Assembly: GCA_044356455.1 (NCBI GenBank)
Contig: JBIKWF010000023.1
Span: forward strand, 1 to 46,993
Source: Bdellovibrionota bacterium
GTDB taxonomy: Bacteria > Bdellovibrionota_C > UBA2361 > JBGSMV01
Direction: 5' to 3'
Length of the DNA: 46,993 nt
The notes beneath the pieces were generated by a model that saw only the letters and a list, made by a program, of their open reading frames with translations, was not told the DNA's origin and did no database searches. Every line of letters begins with the position of its first letter. Positions within the stretch are counted from its first letter, which is position 1. Shown here in pieces: positions 9,243-17,681 of the stretch. The position numbers were made by a program, and so were the translations under genes.

Positions 9243-10631
9243 ATGCCAGACTCTCACCATGAGCAGCGGAGAGCCGAAACTCCGCCCCCTTCACCAGCAG
9301 CGCCATCATCTTGTGATGCCTATGAAACGCTGGTGACTTCATCTCGGGCACTTTGCTCCGAAACCCGCAAAGTCATGCAAACAGAGCTCTACGCCTCTTG
9401 GCTTGCATACTGCTCAAACGCCACCCAGATAAATGGCGAGCCTTTTTCTGAGAATACCAGAGCGCATCTAAAAGCAACGGGAACAGGATTTTTGGTGCAT
9501 GTGTTTTCAAGGCCCTCGCCAGTCGAAACAGAGCAGGACTTAGAAGGGCACCTTAGGCGCAACCTTCTTGAGCTTACTGCAGAGAAAGTTGCCGCTTATA
9601 TTGCAACAGAGGGGAACGGGAAGAGGGGCCTTGAGGCGCAGCTTCGCTCGGTTCTTAGAACTTTGGTGAGACCTTGGCTTTTGACCCAAGGCATCAGTCC
9701 CAAGGACGCATTCCCCACGCCAGAGATTGCGCACGCTGCAGATTCTATCTCTTCTCAGCTTTCATTCTCGAAACCCTTGGCTGAATACCTTTCCGCTCGT
9801 GTCGAGGCGGGTTCTCTTTCCAAAGAAGCGGCGGGGAATGTGGCGCGCATTACGCAGCGATTCCTGAGATTCGTCTATGATCTTGAGCTCAAAAGTGTGG
9901 CTCATGCCGGGGCCGAAGCAAATTCCGTTTCGCTTCCTTTGGATGCGGCAAGACTTGAAGGGACTATTCGGAGCCGCTTTGACCATCTGGTTGAACTCTT
10001 CTCCTCCTGTTCAGGTCCCGATGCCCCCCAGCCTTCAAGTTCAGCCGCTTCCTCTGTTCGCTCTGCGCTTAATCGGCACGTACGCGCAGTAGTGCTTGGT
10101 GAACGAATTGCCCAACCGGTCGCCGCAAAAAAGACAAGTCCTCGGCTTCCAAGCGAGCGGCCAGGCAAGGGAGATGACGCAAATCCTGAGGGTGGCGACA
10201 CGGCCCGAGATGCTGCCTCGGCGCCGCACGCAGACGGTGCACCTTCTAAGGGTATCCAGGTTCAAATAAGTATTCCCGCTCCGCCTTTAATGAATGAGCT
10301 TGAATACAATCGGCTCCTCGAGCACGCGCTCACGAAGGTCGCCGATGCTTGCAAGCGGCCACGTGCTGACATTGTGAAAATGGGGATTAACGATATTCGA
10401 ATCTGGCAGGGGCAAGTGAGAATGTTTCCTCCGCCTCTTTCTCCGCGCTTGCCCGCCCAGTGGCAAGTTAGCGGTTCAAGTGAGTTGCGTGCTGCAATTG
10501 AGGCCTACCAGGACGCTCGAAAATCTCTCCCTGCGAGGGGGTGGCACGGGGTTTTCTTTATCTCGTTTAAGGGTGAGACGCTCGTTCCAGCTCCCGTTCA
10601 AGAGCAAAAGCAGAAAAATCGGCGCAAGTAA
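9243..10631 (+). CDS. Hypothetical protein with degenerate tyrosine-recombinase-like segments
   Basis: Long ORF; two core-binding-like helical blocks and a truncated catalytic-domain-like C-terminus (pattern recognition only). Confidence 0.5.
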   Translation: MPDSHHEQRRAETPPPSPAAPSSCDAYETLVTSSRALCSETRKVMQTELYASWLAYCSNATQINGEPFSENTRAHLKATGTGFLVHVFSRPSPVETEQDLEGHLRRNLLELTAEKVAAYIATEGNGKRGLEAQLRSVLRTLVRPWLLTQGISPKDAFPTPEIAHAADSISSQLSFSKPLAEYLSARVEAGSLSKEAAGNVARITQRFLRFVYDLELKSVAHAGAEANSVSLPLDAARLEGTIRSRFDHLVELFSSCSGPDAPQPSSSAASSVRSALNRHVRAVVLGERIAQPVAAKKTSPRLPSERPGKGDDANPEGGDTARDAASAPHADGAPSKGIQVQISIPAPPLMNELEYNRLLEHALTKVADACKRPRADIVKMGINDIRIWQGQVRMFPPPLSPRLPAQWQVSGSSELRAAIEAYQDARKSLPARGWHGVFFISFKGETLVPAPVQEQKQKNRRK

Positions 10632-10635
10632 ATTC

Positions 10636-11283
10636 CTAACGCAGCGACTGAATCGCGGCTCGTCTATCCTTCGCCCCAAAGATGGAGGAGCCAGCCACCA
10701 TAACGGAGGCGCCCTGTGCGCTGCACTTTTTGGCTGTTTCACTTTGAATGCCGCCGTCCACTTCAATCAGGGTATGAACACCTTGGCGTTTAATTTCTTG
10801 GGAAAGGGCACCAATCTTGGCCAACGTGGAGGGTATAAACTCTTGTCCGCCCCAGCCCGGATTAACGGTCATGACAAGAACAAGATCGCAAAGCTCGAGC
10901 ACCGGAAAAAGAGTTTCCACGGGGGTTCCAGGATTTACGCAGGCGCCTGATTTCATGCCTGCCGCTCGAATTGAACCTAGTACGCGGTGGAGGTGTGGGC
11001 ATACTTCTTGGTGGACGGTAACTCGATTTGCCCCCGCTTTTTTAAAGGTTTCAATATGCAGCTCGGGCGAGCGGATCATGAGGTGCACATCGAGGGGGAG
11101 CGTGCAGGAGCGCTTGGCGGCTTCGACCATGTTCGCACCAAAGGTAATCGGAGGAACGAAGCTCCCGTCCATTACATCAATGTGGAGCCAGTCGGCTCCG
11201 GCGTTCTGTACGGATTGAATTTCATTAGAAAGCTGCCCAAAATCGGCGGCGAGAATGGAGGGGGCTACGATGATTGGGTTCAT
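10636..11283 (-). CDS. rpe: Ribulose-phosphate 3-epimerase
   Basis: APSILAADF, HIDVMDG, DVHLM, MTVNPGWGGQ, EVDGG. Confidence 0.97.
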   Translation of the reverse strand: MNPIIVAPSILAADFGQLSNEIQSVQNAGADWLHIDVMDGSFVPPITFGANMVEAAKRSCTLPLDVHLMIRSPELHIETFKKAGANRVTVHQEVCPHLHRVLGSIRAAGMKSGACVNPGTPVETLFPVLELCDLVLVMTVNPGWGGQEFIPSTLAKIGALSQEIKRQGVHTLIEVDGGIQSETAKKCSAQGASVMVAGSSIFGAKDRRAAIQSLR

Positions 11284-11344
11284 AATTTTCTTACGGTTAG
11301 TGCATGTGCGCCAAGATAACTTGGGAAACCCCAAGATAACCTAG

Positions 11345-11543
11345 GGAACCTCTGAAAAACCTGGAAAGGGAACTTTTTTGTCCTGTTTTCCCTCCGCGTA
11401 CTCAGCGTCCCCGGCTCCGCCAAAGCTGCGCCGCGGCCGCACTGAAGTCTGGCTCGGCGCAGCCGTGGCTCCGCGTTATTCAATAGTCCTCAAATAACGC
11501 GGAGGACGCTGAGTACGCGGAGGAGGAGTTCTTCAGAGATTCC
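11345..11543. mobile_element. MITE type 1, gamma core, with 59-bp nested insertion
   Basis: CTAG-ggaacctctgaaaaac...gttcttcagagattcc-TTAG; arm aacgcggaggacgctgagtacgcggag and its interrupted complement. Confidence 0.85.
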
Positions 11544-11645
11544 TTAGCTCTTCTTTTACTCTACTCCAGGGCATAGCGGGGAGGAAAATGCTTTTTTGAG
11601 CCTCTTGTCGCTCCGATAGAACGCCTCGGATCCTCAGCATTGCTC

Positions 11646-11673
11646 GGTAGGGCGCCCTGTCCCCAGGGCGCCG
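11646..11673 (+). repeat. GTAG-tagged REP-like palindrome within a longer imperfect hairpin (11631-11690)
   Basis: GGTAG-GGCGCCCTG-TCCC-CAGGGCGCC-G; related copy at 40310-40337. Confidence 0.65.
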
Positions 11674-11747
11674 AACCATACTGCTGAGGACAGCCACTGG
11701 AGCCTAAGAGAGTATTCCGCAGGAGCAAAAATGTGTATTGGGCAAAC

Positions 11748-12728
11748 TCACGCTGCTGTGACTTTAAGAAGCTCGCCTTGCTCCACCTGAATTCCCCGCA
11801 AGAAGGTTGGCGCATCCATGCGGCGCTTGCCCTCAAGCTGCAGCTCGGTAAGCAGTACAGCTCCTTTTCCGCAGGAAACGAGCAAGCCTTCCTCGTTTAC
11901 CCTTAGAATAGTCCCAGGAATCTTTGCCAAAGAAGAGCTGCCCTCGTTGTCTGAGACCTTTGCCATAAAGACTTTTAGCCTTTGGCCCTTCCAAAAGGTG
12001 TAGGCACCGGGGAAAGGGGAGATGCCTCGAATCACCGCGCTTACCTGAGGAGAAGGCAGGCTCCAGTCAATAAGAGCCTCCTCCGCTTTAATTTTCTGCG
12101 CGTAGGTTACGCCCTCTTGCGGCTGAGGAGTTGCTTGTAACTTTCCTTCGATGAGGTCTGAAAGACGAGATGCGAGCAGGTCCGCGCCAAGCACCGAAAG
12201 CCGGTCGTGCAGTGAGCCCAGCGTCTCGTCGTGAGATAAAGGGGTGCGAACTTCAGAGAGGACTGCGCCAGTATCTAAGCCTTCATCCATCTGCATCAAG
12301 CAGATTCCTGTCTCCTTATCTTGAGACATAATTGCGCGCTGCATGGGAGCGGCGCCTCTCCAGCGTGGCAGGATACTTCCGTGCAAATTTACGCAGCCGC
12401 GAGAGGGGTACGTAAGAACGGAGGAGGGCAGGATTTGTCCAAATGCCACCACGACACCTAGGGCAAAGGGACCCAGATGAGAGAGGTCCTTTTCTAGAAC
12501 AGAAAACTCTTTGCGAATGCTTTGCGGCTGGAAAACAGGAACCCCATTTTCAAGGGCTAAGGACTTTATTGGGGGAGGGGTGAGCTTGTGGCCCCGTCCG
12601 GAGGGTCTATCTGGCTGTGTAATAACGGCGCCAACGCGCACGAGGGGACTCTCGAGGAGTGCTCTCAGCGTTGGTACTGCGAATTCGGGAGTCCCAAGAA
12701 AGAGCACTTGAGGTAGGGAGCTAGTCAT
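11748..12728 (-). CDS. fmt: Methionyl-tRNA formyltransferase
   Basis: FLGTPEFAV, TQPDRPSGRG, NLHGSILPRWRGAAP, MDEGLDTG. Confidence 0.97.
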   Translation of the reverse strand: MTSSLPQVLFLGTPEFAVPTLRALLESPLVRVGAVITQPDRPSGRGHKLTPPPIKSLALENGVPVFQPQSIRKEFSVLEKDLSHLGPFALGVVVAFGQILPSSVLTYPSRGCVNLHGSILPRWRGAAPMQRAIMSQDKETGICLMQMDEGLDTGAVLSEVRTPLSHDETLGSLHDRLSVLGADLLASRLSDLIEGKLQATPQPQEGVTYAQKIKAEEALIDWSLPSPQVSAVIRGISPFPGAYTFWKGQRLKVFMAKVSDNEGSSSLAKIPGTILRVNEEGLLVSCGKGAVLLTELQLEGKRRMDAPTFLRGIQVEQGELLKVTAA

Positions 12729-12819
12729 ATGCGGCTTCTTTCCTAGAATTGATGATGCATGAACCACGCACTCGCCGCATAGCGCCTGCCGCATTCGCGC
12801 AGGCAGGGAGTCTTCTTAG

Positions 12820-12948
12820 GGGACATCTGAAAAACCTCGATACTTTATTTCTTCTCTCGGTGACCTCTGTGTTCTCTGTGGTTTTTCAACAATTTAAATC
12901 AACCACCGAGAGCACCGAGCTCACAGAGCAGACTTTTTCGGAGTTTCC
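12820..12948. mobile_element. MITE type 1, alpha core, between def and fmt
   Basis: TTAG-gggacatctgaaaaacc...gactttttcggagtttcc-TTAT. Confidence 0.85.
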
Positions 12949-12954
12949 TTATCC

Positions 12955-13455
12955 TTAGGCTTCTGAAAGCTGCTTGCGGTGCCACTTCTTGAAAAAATCA
13001 CGTTTAAGGCGACTCAGATGATCCACAAACAATACACCATTGAGATGGTCTACTTCATGCTGAATACAGATCGCCAATATGCCCGACGCCTTCAGTTCAA
13101 ATTCTTTCCCCGTTTCATTCTGCGCCTGGAGCACGATCTGTTCTTTACGCTGAATAGTTTCCCGAAAATCAGGGATACTGAGGCAGCCTTCTTCAGAGGG
13201 GACACTGCCCTGGCTCCATACAATTTCTGGGTTCACAATAATGAGGCGTTCGTTTTGTTTTGACGAAACATCAACCACAGCGACGCGCTGCACGACTCCA
13301 ATCTGTGACGCCGCAAGTCCAATCCCGCTTGCGGCATACATGGTAAGAGCCATGTCACTGACGAGAGTTTGGAGATCGCTGCCAAACTCAGTGACCGCGG
13401 CGCACTGTTCGCGCAGCACTGGATCTGGATAAATTTTTATATCCCTTATGGCCAT
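12955..13455 (-). CDS. def: Peptide deformylase
   Basis: GIGLAASQIG, EGCLS, QHEVDHLNG. Confidence 0.98.
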   Translation of the reverse strand: MAIRDIKIYPDPVLREQCAAVTEFGSDLQTLVSDMALTMYAASGIGLAASQIGVVQRVAVVDVSSKQNERLIIVNPEIVWSQGSVPSEEGCLSIPDFRETIQRKEQIVLQAQNETGKEFELKASGILAICIQHEVDHLNGVLFVDHLSRLKRDFFKKWHRKQLSEA

Positions 13456-13738
13456 AATGTTGGAGCAGGCTAGCACACGTAAGTTTCCCGGTAAAAGTGG
13501 GCCACATGCCCTGAAAATAGGCCTTTTTTGCCGGCCCGTGCCTTAATGCCGGAGCTGATTTTAAGGAGCCAAGGGCAGAGACGTTTCGATTTTCGCTATT
13601 TGTGTCAAGCGCAAAAAGTTAGTTGTTCCACAGTTTTTGAGGAAACCGAGACCGATTTTTTAGTCTCTTAACGATAAGAGGCAGAAAAATATGGAGCGAG
13701 TTGTACCGCCTCCCCAACTCTTATGAGATACTTTTATT

Positions 13739-14197
13739 ATGACCCTGCTTGATAGTAATGAGGCGGTGTTGTTTCGCCTTCTCGTCGCCTTCTTTGGCGA
13801 AGATAGAGTCATTCCTCATATGAGCCTGCATGCCGTCTGCGGGGGAGGACTGCCCAAGGGCCTTGCCCCCGCAATCAAGTCGGAAATAGAAACTCTCTTT
13901 TCTCGTAAAGCCGTAGAATGGGCGAGGGGCAGTAAGTGCCTCTTTACCATAGTAGACCATCAAGACTCGCCCCGGCTTGTCATGGAGTTCTTCCAGGATT
14001 TCGATAAAGTCGTGGATCTTATGGATCTGCAGCGCCGCCGCATGATGGCGCCAGTCTTGTCAGCCGCAGGAATTCACTACGTAACCATATCCACGGATGA
14101 TTTAGGGGATATTATGGACCCCGACTCTGGCTATGGCCTTGCCGATTTTCTACAAGCTCATCTTGATCTTCCCGACCAAGCCTCCTCGGCTGAGTAA
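13739..14197 (+). CDS. Hypothetical protein, possibly DUF2726-like
   Basis: LLDSNEAVLFRLL...FTIVD...LVMEF...LSAAGIHYV pattern; family call tentative. Confidence 0.5.
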   Translation: MTLLDSNEAVLFRLLVAFFGEDRVIPHMSLHAVCGGGLPKGLAPAIKSEIETLFSRKAVEWARGSKCLFTIVDHQDSPRLVMEFFQDFDKVVDLMDLQRRRMMAPVLSAAGIHYVTISTDDLGDIMDPDSGYGLADFLQAHLDLPDQASSAE

Positions 14198-14242
14198 GGT
14201 TTTTTGGGGGGTGAGGGGGGGGACAACCACTAAGAACACCAA

Positions 14243-14353
14243 GGAACCTCGGAAAAACCTCGATATTCTATTTTTTCTCTCTGTGAACTCTGTGCCCTCT
14301 GTGGTTTTTTGAGCAATTCAAATCAACCACAGAGTGGACTTTTCAGAGCTTCC
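14243..14353. mobile_element. MITE type 1, alpha core (right arm reduced to one unit)
   Basis: CCAA-ggaacctcggaaaaacc...ggacttttcagagcttcc-CTAA; preceded by an accactaagaacaccaa core fragment. Confidence 0.85.
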
Positions 14354-14417
14354 CTAAAAAGCACTTGCATCCAGCGGGTGGTTCTTCCCCTCTGATTTGG
14401 TCTAGTATCCTGGGCGG

Positions 14418-15686
14418 ATGGCAAACGCTTCATTATTCTCATTTTCCGAGACCCACCGCGCACTTGGATACAAGGCGCTGCTGGTGCTCGTGGTTCTTGC
14501 CGCTCTCCTTTGGGGTGTTGGCTCTGAGGCTATGTTTGGTCTCGACCTATCCGAGTATCAGCTCGTTGCGCTGCCTTTGATCTGGCTTATCTTTTGGAGA
14601 CTTAAGGTTGTCGGACTTTCAATTGCACGCGGCGCTTTTGTCGTTGCCGTAGTGGGCGCCCTCGTTTCAATTGGATATTCGCGCTTTCATGTGCCCGACA
14701 TGAAGCTTGCCTTAGTGATGTCGCGTTTAGGTACCGATGAGTTTGAAATTAAGACTCGGCAATTCCGCGATCTTCTCGAGCAAGAAGTTTCCAAAGCGGA
14801 ATTGCCAGTGCCCCTCAGAGTAGAGCGCAGCGCGCTCACCTTCGCCTCGCACAAAGAGGCTTTGCGCTTTTTAAATTCTGCAGAGCACCTGCCTGCAGTG
14901 GTATGGGGCACTTCGCGCTGGGTGAATGTAACTTTTCACCCCGAACGTACTGCAACCTTAAGGAAAGAGGACCTTGAGCCGTGGGCTACTATGCTCGGCC
15001 TGGAGGTTGTCACCTCGGTTCCCATAGTTGGACTATCCAAGGAACCAGACTCAGATACTGCTCGATTTTTGGCCGGGGCTCTTGGGGGGATGTTTGCTTC
15101 GAAAGGGGGAGTGAAGGCGCATAACCTCGCAGCTCGTGGAGTCTCTGAGTCTGAACTCCTCGGAGCAGCAACCCAGCAATCGCCCTGGAGCTCATTTTCT
15201 CATCGCGCGCTCCCTTGGTTTATCCTTGGGAATCGTTACCTCGCGCAGGCCCTCAAGGGCGGGGGGTATGATGCCGGTGAAATGCGCTGTGCTATCGCCG
15301 CGTACACGAATGCGCGCAAATCTCTTCGCTCAGGCGATAATCCTGAGCTCCTTGCAGCGGCCCTTAATAACCGTGCCTTTGCGCATGCCGTTATGGCTAT
15401 GGTTGAGAGGAAGCCTGAGCTCAGGCTCCTTGTGCGCCGCGAGCTAAGAGCCGCAGCGCACGCTTCTCGTGAGAAGAATCTGTTTAAAGTAGAGTTTCGA
15501 GCGCCCAAAATTGCCAAATTGAATCTTGAGATGCTTGTAAGAAAGAACCGGGCAAGACATATGCGAGGGGCGGGGAAGGGGAATCACGTGGCGCGCCCCG
15601 AGAAAGTAAAGAAAGGCAATCGCAAGCCTCGTCCTCACAAAGTAAAGGGCGAGAAGAGGCAAAAGGCGGCAGACGAAATTCAATAA
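14418..15686 (+). CDS. Hypothetical membrane protein with helical (TPR-like) region and basic tail
   Basis: Three N-terminal hydrophobic segments; LAAALNNRAFA; K/R-rich C-terminus. Confidence 0.65.
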   Translation: MANASLFSFSETHRALGYKALLVLVVLAALLWGVGSEAMFGLDLSEYQLVALPLIWLIFWRLKVVGLSIARGAFVVAVVGALVSIGYSRFHVPDMKLALVMSRLGTDEFEIKTRQFRDLLEQEVSKAELPVPLRVERSALTFASHKEALRFLNSAEHLPAVVWGTSRWVNVTFHPERTATLRKEDLEPWATMLGLEVVTSVPIVGLSKEPDSDTARFLAGALGGMFASKGGVKAHNLAARGVSESELLGAATQQSPWSSFSHRALPWFILGNRYLAQALKGGGYDAGEMRCAIAAYTNARKSLRSGDNPELLAAALNNRAFAHAVMAMVERKPELRLLVRRELRAAAHASREKNLFKVEFRAPKIAKLNLEMLVRKNRARHMRGAGKGNHVARPEKVKKGNRKPRPHKVKGEKRQKAADEIQ

Positions 15687-15717
15687 AACTCTGGAATTAA
15701 TTTGGTAAGTAGCCACT

Positions 15718-16824
15718 ATGGGAAGAACAAGAATAGTAGCGTTTGCGCTGAGTCTTGGTGCCTTACTACTTTCCGTAAGTCGGCTCGTTGCGGAAACGCC
15801 AGCTTTGCCCACGCAGCCCACCTACAAAGTGGGAGTGATCGCCCCCTTGAGTGGCCCTGTAGCTTCCTGGGGCGGAGATACGAGAAAAGCCCTTGAACTC
15901 GCCAATGCCAACTTTGGGGACGGCACTATTGAACTTGTTTTTGAAGACGGCCGTTGCTTGGGGAAAGATGCCGCAACCGCAGCTCAGAAACTTGTGAGTA
16001 TTGATAAAGTTCAATTTGCGATGGTGGTGTGTACCGAAGAAATGCTCGCGAGCGCCCCCATTTTTGACCGCGCAAAGGTTACCGTAGTGGCGCCCGGTGC
16101 TACGGCCGCATCAATTTCGGGAATTAGTCCCTACGTCTTTCGCACCTGGCCGAGCGATGCGTTTGGTGCGGCAAGACTCGCCGGATATATGAAACCGCGC
16201 CTTAAGAAGGTGGGAGTCTTTAGCGAGGGCAGGGGGTTTCCTCAAGAGTTTGCAAAAGCCTTTCAGGCTGCGGCTGCGCATGAGGGACTAGAGGTCGTGG
16301 TTGAGAGTTTCTTTTCCGATGATCAAGACTACCGAAGTGCTTTGACTCGCATGCTGCGCTCGGGCGTGCAGGGGGTTTTGATAAATTCAGATTCCGAGGC
16401 ATCCTTCATCAATGTCCTTAAGCAGTTTAGGCAACTTGCAAAGGAAGTCCCTGTCTTTGGTAACTTCGTCGGTTCGAGTAAATCATTTCGGGACGCCGTG
16501 GGTTCGCTTGCCGAGGGTTTAGTATATTACGATGTGCCCCTTCTTTCTGGGCAGGGGACCGATAGTAACCTTAGAAAGGAGTTCGAGCGACTGCACGGAG
16601 TGCCCGGCGGCTCTCCCTACATGGTAGCCTCCTCCATTTCCGCTCTGCGGGTAATTCGCGAAGTCATCCGCGACGGGGGGAACCCGCGAAAGTTCTTGCT
16701 CTCAAATTCTTTTGAGAGTGCGATTGGAAAGTTTAGGTTCTCTGAGCAGGGTGATGTTCTAGGGATTCTGCCGAGTCTTAAGATGATTCGGTCTGGAGAA
16801 ACTGTAGCGTTAGAGAAGCTCTGA
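15718..16824 (+). CDS. LivJ/LivK-like substrate-binding protein
   Basis: Signal peptide, KVGVIAPLSG, FEDGRC, AAQKLVSIDKV, YVFRTWPSD; stop codon lies inside a MITE terminal repeat. Confidence 0.88.
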   Translation: MGRTRIVAFALSLGALLLSVSRLVAETPALPTQPTYKVGVIAPLSGPVASWGGDTRKALELANANFGDGTIELVFEDGRCLGKDAATAAQKLVSIDKVQFAMVVCTEEMLASAPIFDRAKVTVVAPGATAASISGISPYVFRTWPSDAFGAARLAGYMKPRLKKVGVFSEGRGFPQEFAKAFQAAAAHEGLEVVVESFFSDDQDYRSALTRMLRSGVQGVLINSDSEASFINVLKQFRQLAKEVPVFGNFVGSSKSFRDAVGSLAEGLVYYDVPLLSGQGTDSNLRKEFERLHGVPGGSPYMVASSISALRVIREVIRDGGNPRKFLLSNSFESAIGKFRFSEQGDVLGILPSLKMIRSGETVALEKL

Positions 16825-16942
16825 AAAAGTCCGCTCTGTGAACTCTGTGCCCTCTGTGGTTGATTTGAATTGCTCAAAAAACCACAGAGGACACAGAGAT
16901 CACGGAGAAAAAAATATAATAGCTTTGTTTTAGAGAGATTCC
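16814..16942. mobile_element. MITE type 1, alpha core (reverse orientation)
   Basis: TTAG-agaagctctgaaaaagtc...tttagagagattcc-TTAG (identical 4-bp flanks). Confidence 0.85.
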
Positions 16943-16962
16943 TTAGGAAGGAGAAACAGCAT

Positions 16963-17478
16963 ATGACAACTTGGAAAGATTCATTAAGAGGGATTGCCCC
17001 TTGGAAGTGGAATTCTTCAAGGGGATCAGAGGTTGTTCCTGCAAGAGCGCAAGGAGAGGACCTGCATCCTTTTAATTTCCTTCAGCGTCAGATGAATTCG
17101 CTTTTCGAAGATTTTTTCTCTGGCTTTGGGAACGAGGGCGCAAGTTTTATTCCCAAAGTGAGCGTGTCGGAAGATAGTGAAAAGATCTACGTGACTGCAG
17201 AGCTTCCGGGCATGGAGCAGCGCGATGTAGAGCTCACGCTTACGAACGAGGTGCTTACCCTGCGCGGAGAGAAGAAAGTCGAGCAGGAGCGCAAGGATGG
17301 TAATACTTTCCTTGCGATGGAGCGCTCCTATGGATTCTTTCAGAGGAGTATCCCGATAAGCTGCGAAATTGATACCGACAAAGTGGATGCCGTATTTAAG
17401 AATGGTGTCTTGTCAGTGACTCTCGCTAAGACGCCTGCTGCGCGTGCCAATACTAAAACGATTCCCATAAGGAGTTGA
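16963..17478 (+). CDS. Small heat-shock protein (Hsp20/alpha-crystallin)
   Basis: RBS AAGGAG; AELPGM, ERSYGFFQRSI, AVFKNGVLSVTL. Confidence 0.95.
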   Translation: MTTWKDSLRGIAPWKWNSSRGSEVVPARAQGEDLHPFNFLQRQMNSLFEDFFSGFGNEGASFIPKVSVSEDSEKIYVTAELPGMEQRDVELTLTNEVLTLRGEKKVEQERKDGNTFLAMERSYGFFQRSIPISCEIDTDKVDAVFKNGVLSVTLAKTPAARANTKTIPIRS

Positions 17479-17484
17479 TACTAG

Positions 17485-17605
17485 GGACCCTCTGAACAGC
17501 CTCGATATTTTATTTTTTTCTCTCTGTGAACTCTGTGGTTTTTCAAAAATTTAAATCAACCACAGAGGGCACAGAGTTCACAGAGCAGGTTGTTTCAGGG
17601 GCTCC
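17485..17605. mobile_element. MITE type 1, alpha core (left arm two units)
   Basis: CTAG-ggaccctctgaacagcc...ggttgtttcaggggctcc-TTAT. Confidence 0.85.
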
Positions 17606-17681
17606 TTATCTCCACTTCACGGCCTCCGATGGAGAGCCGTGAGGCCGTGCTTACGAGGAACGTGCATGCTATGAAGAGGGC

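Noticed and set aside
9243..10631. Active integrase marking a prophage or island
   Set aside because: No HxxR or catalytic Tyr region, and no adjacent tRNA, att repeats or phage genes.
11548..11747. 6S, SRP or other known ncRNA between fmt and rpe
   Set aside because: No diagnostic motifs recognised; the structure is explained by a REP-containing hairpin.
12729..12794. N-terminal extensions of fmt (similarly rpe, def, nnr, lysC, fbaB) from the longest-ORF starts
   Set aside because: Family homology begins at downstream start codons, so the shorter starts were used.
16814..17605. hsp20 as cargo of a composite transposon bounded by two inverted MITEs
   Set aside because: The left MITE has its own TTAG/TTAG duplication and its removal restores a plausible gene overlap, which points to independent insertion; the outer flanks (TTAG, TTAT) are not identical.
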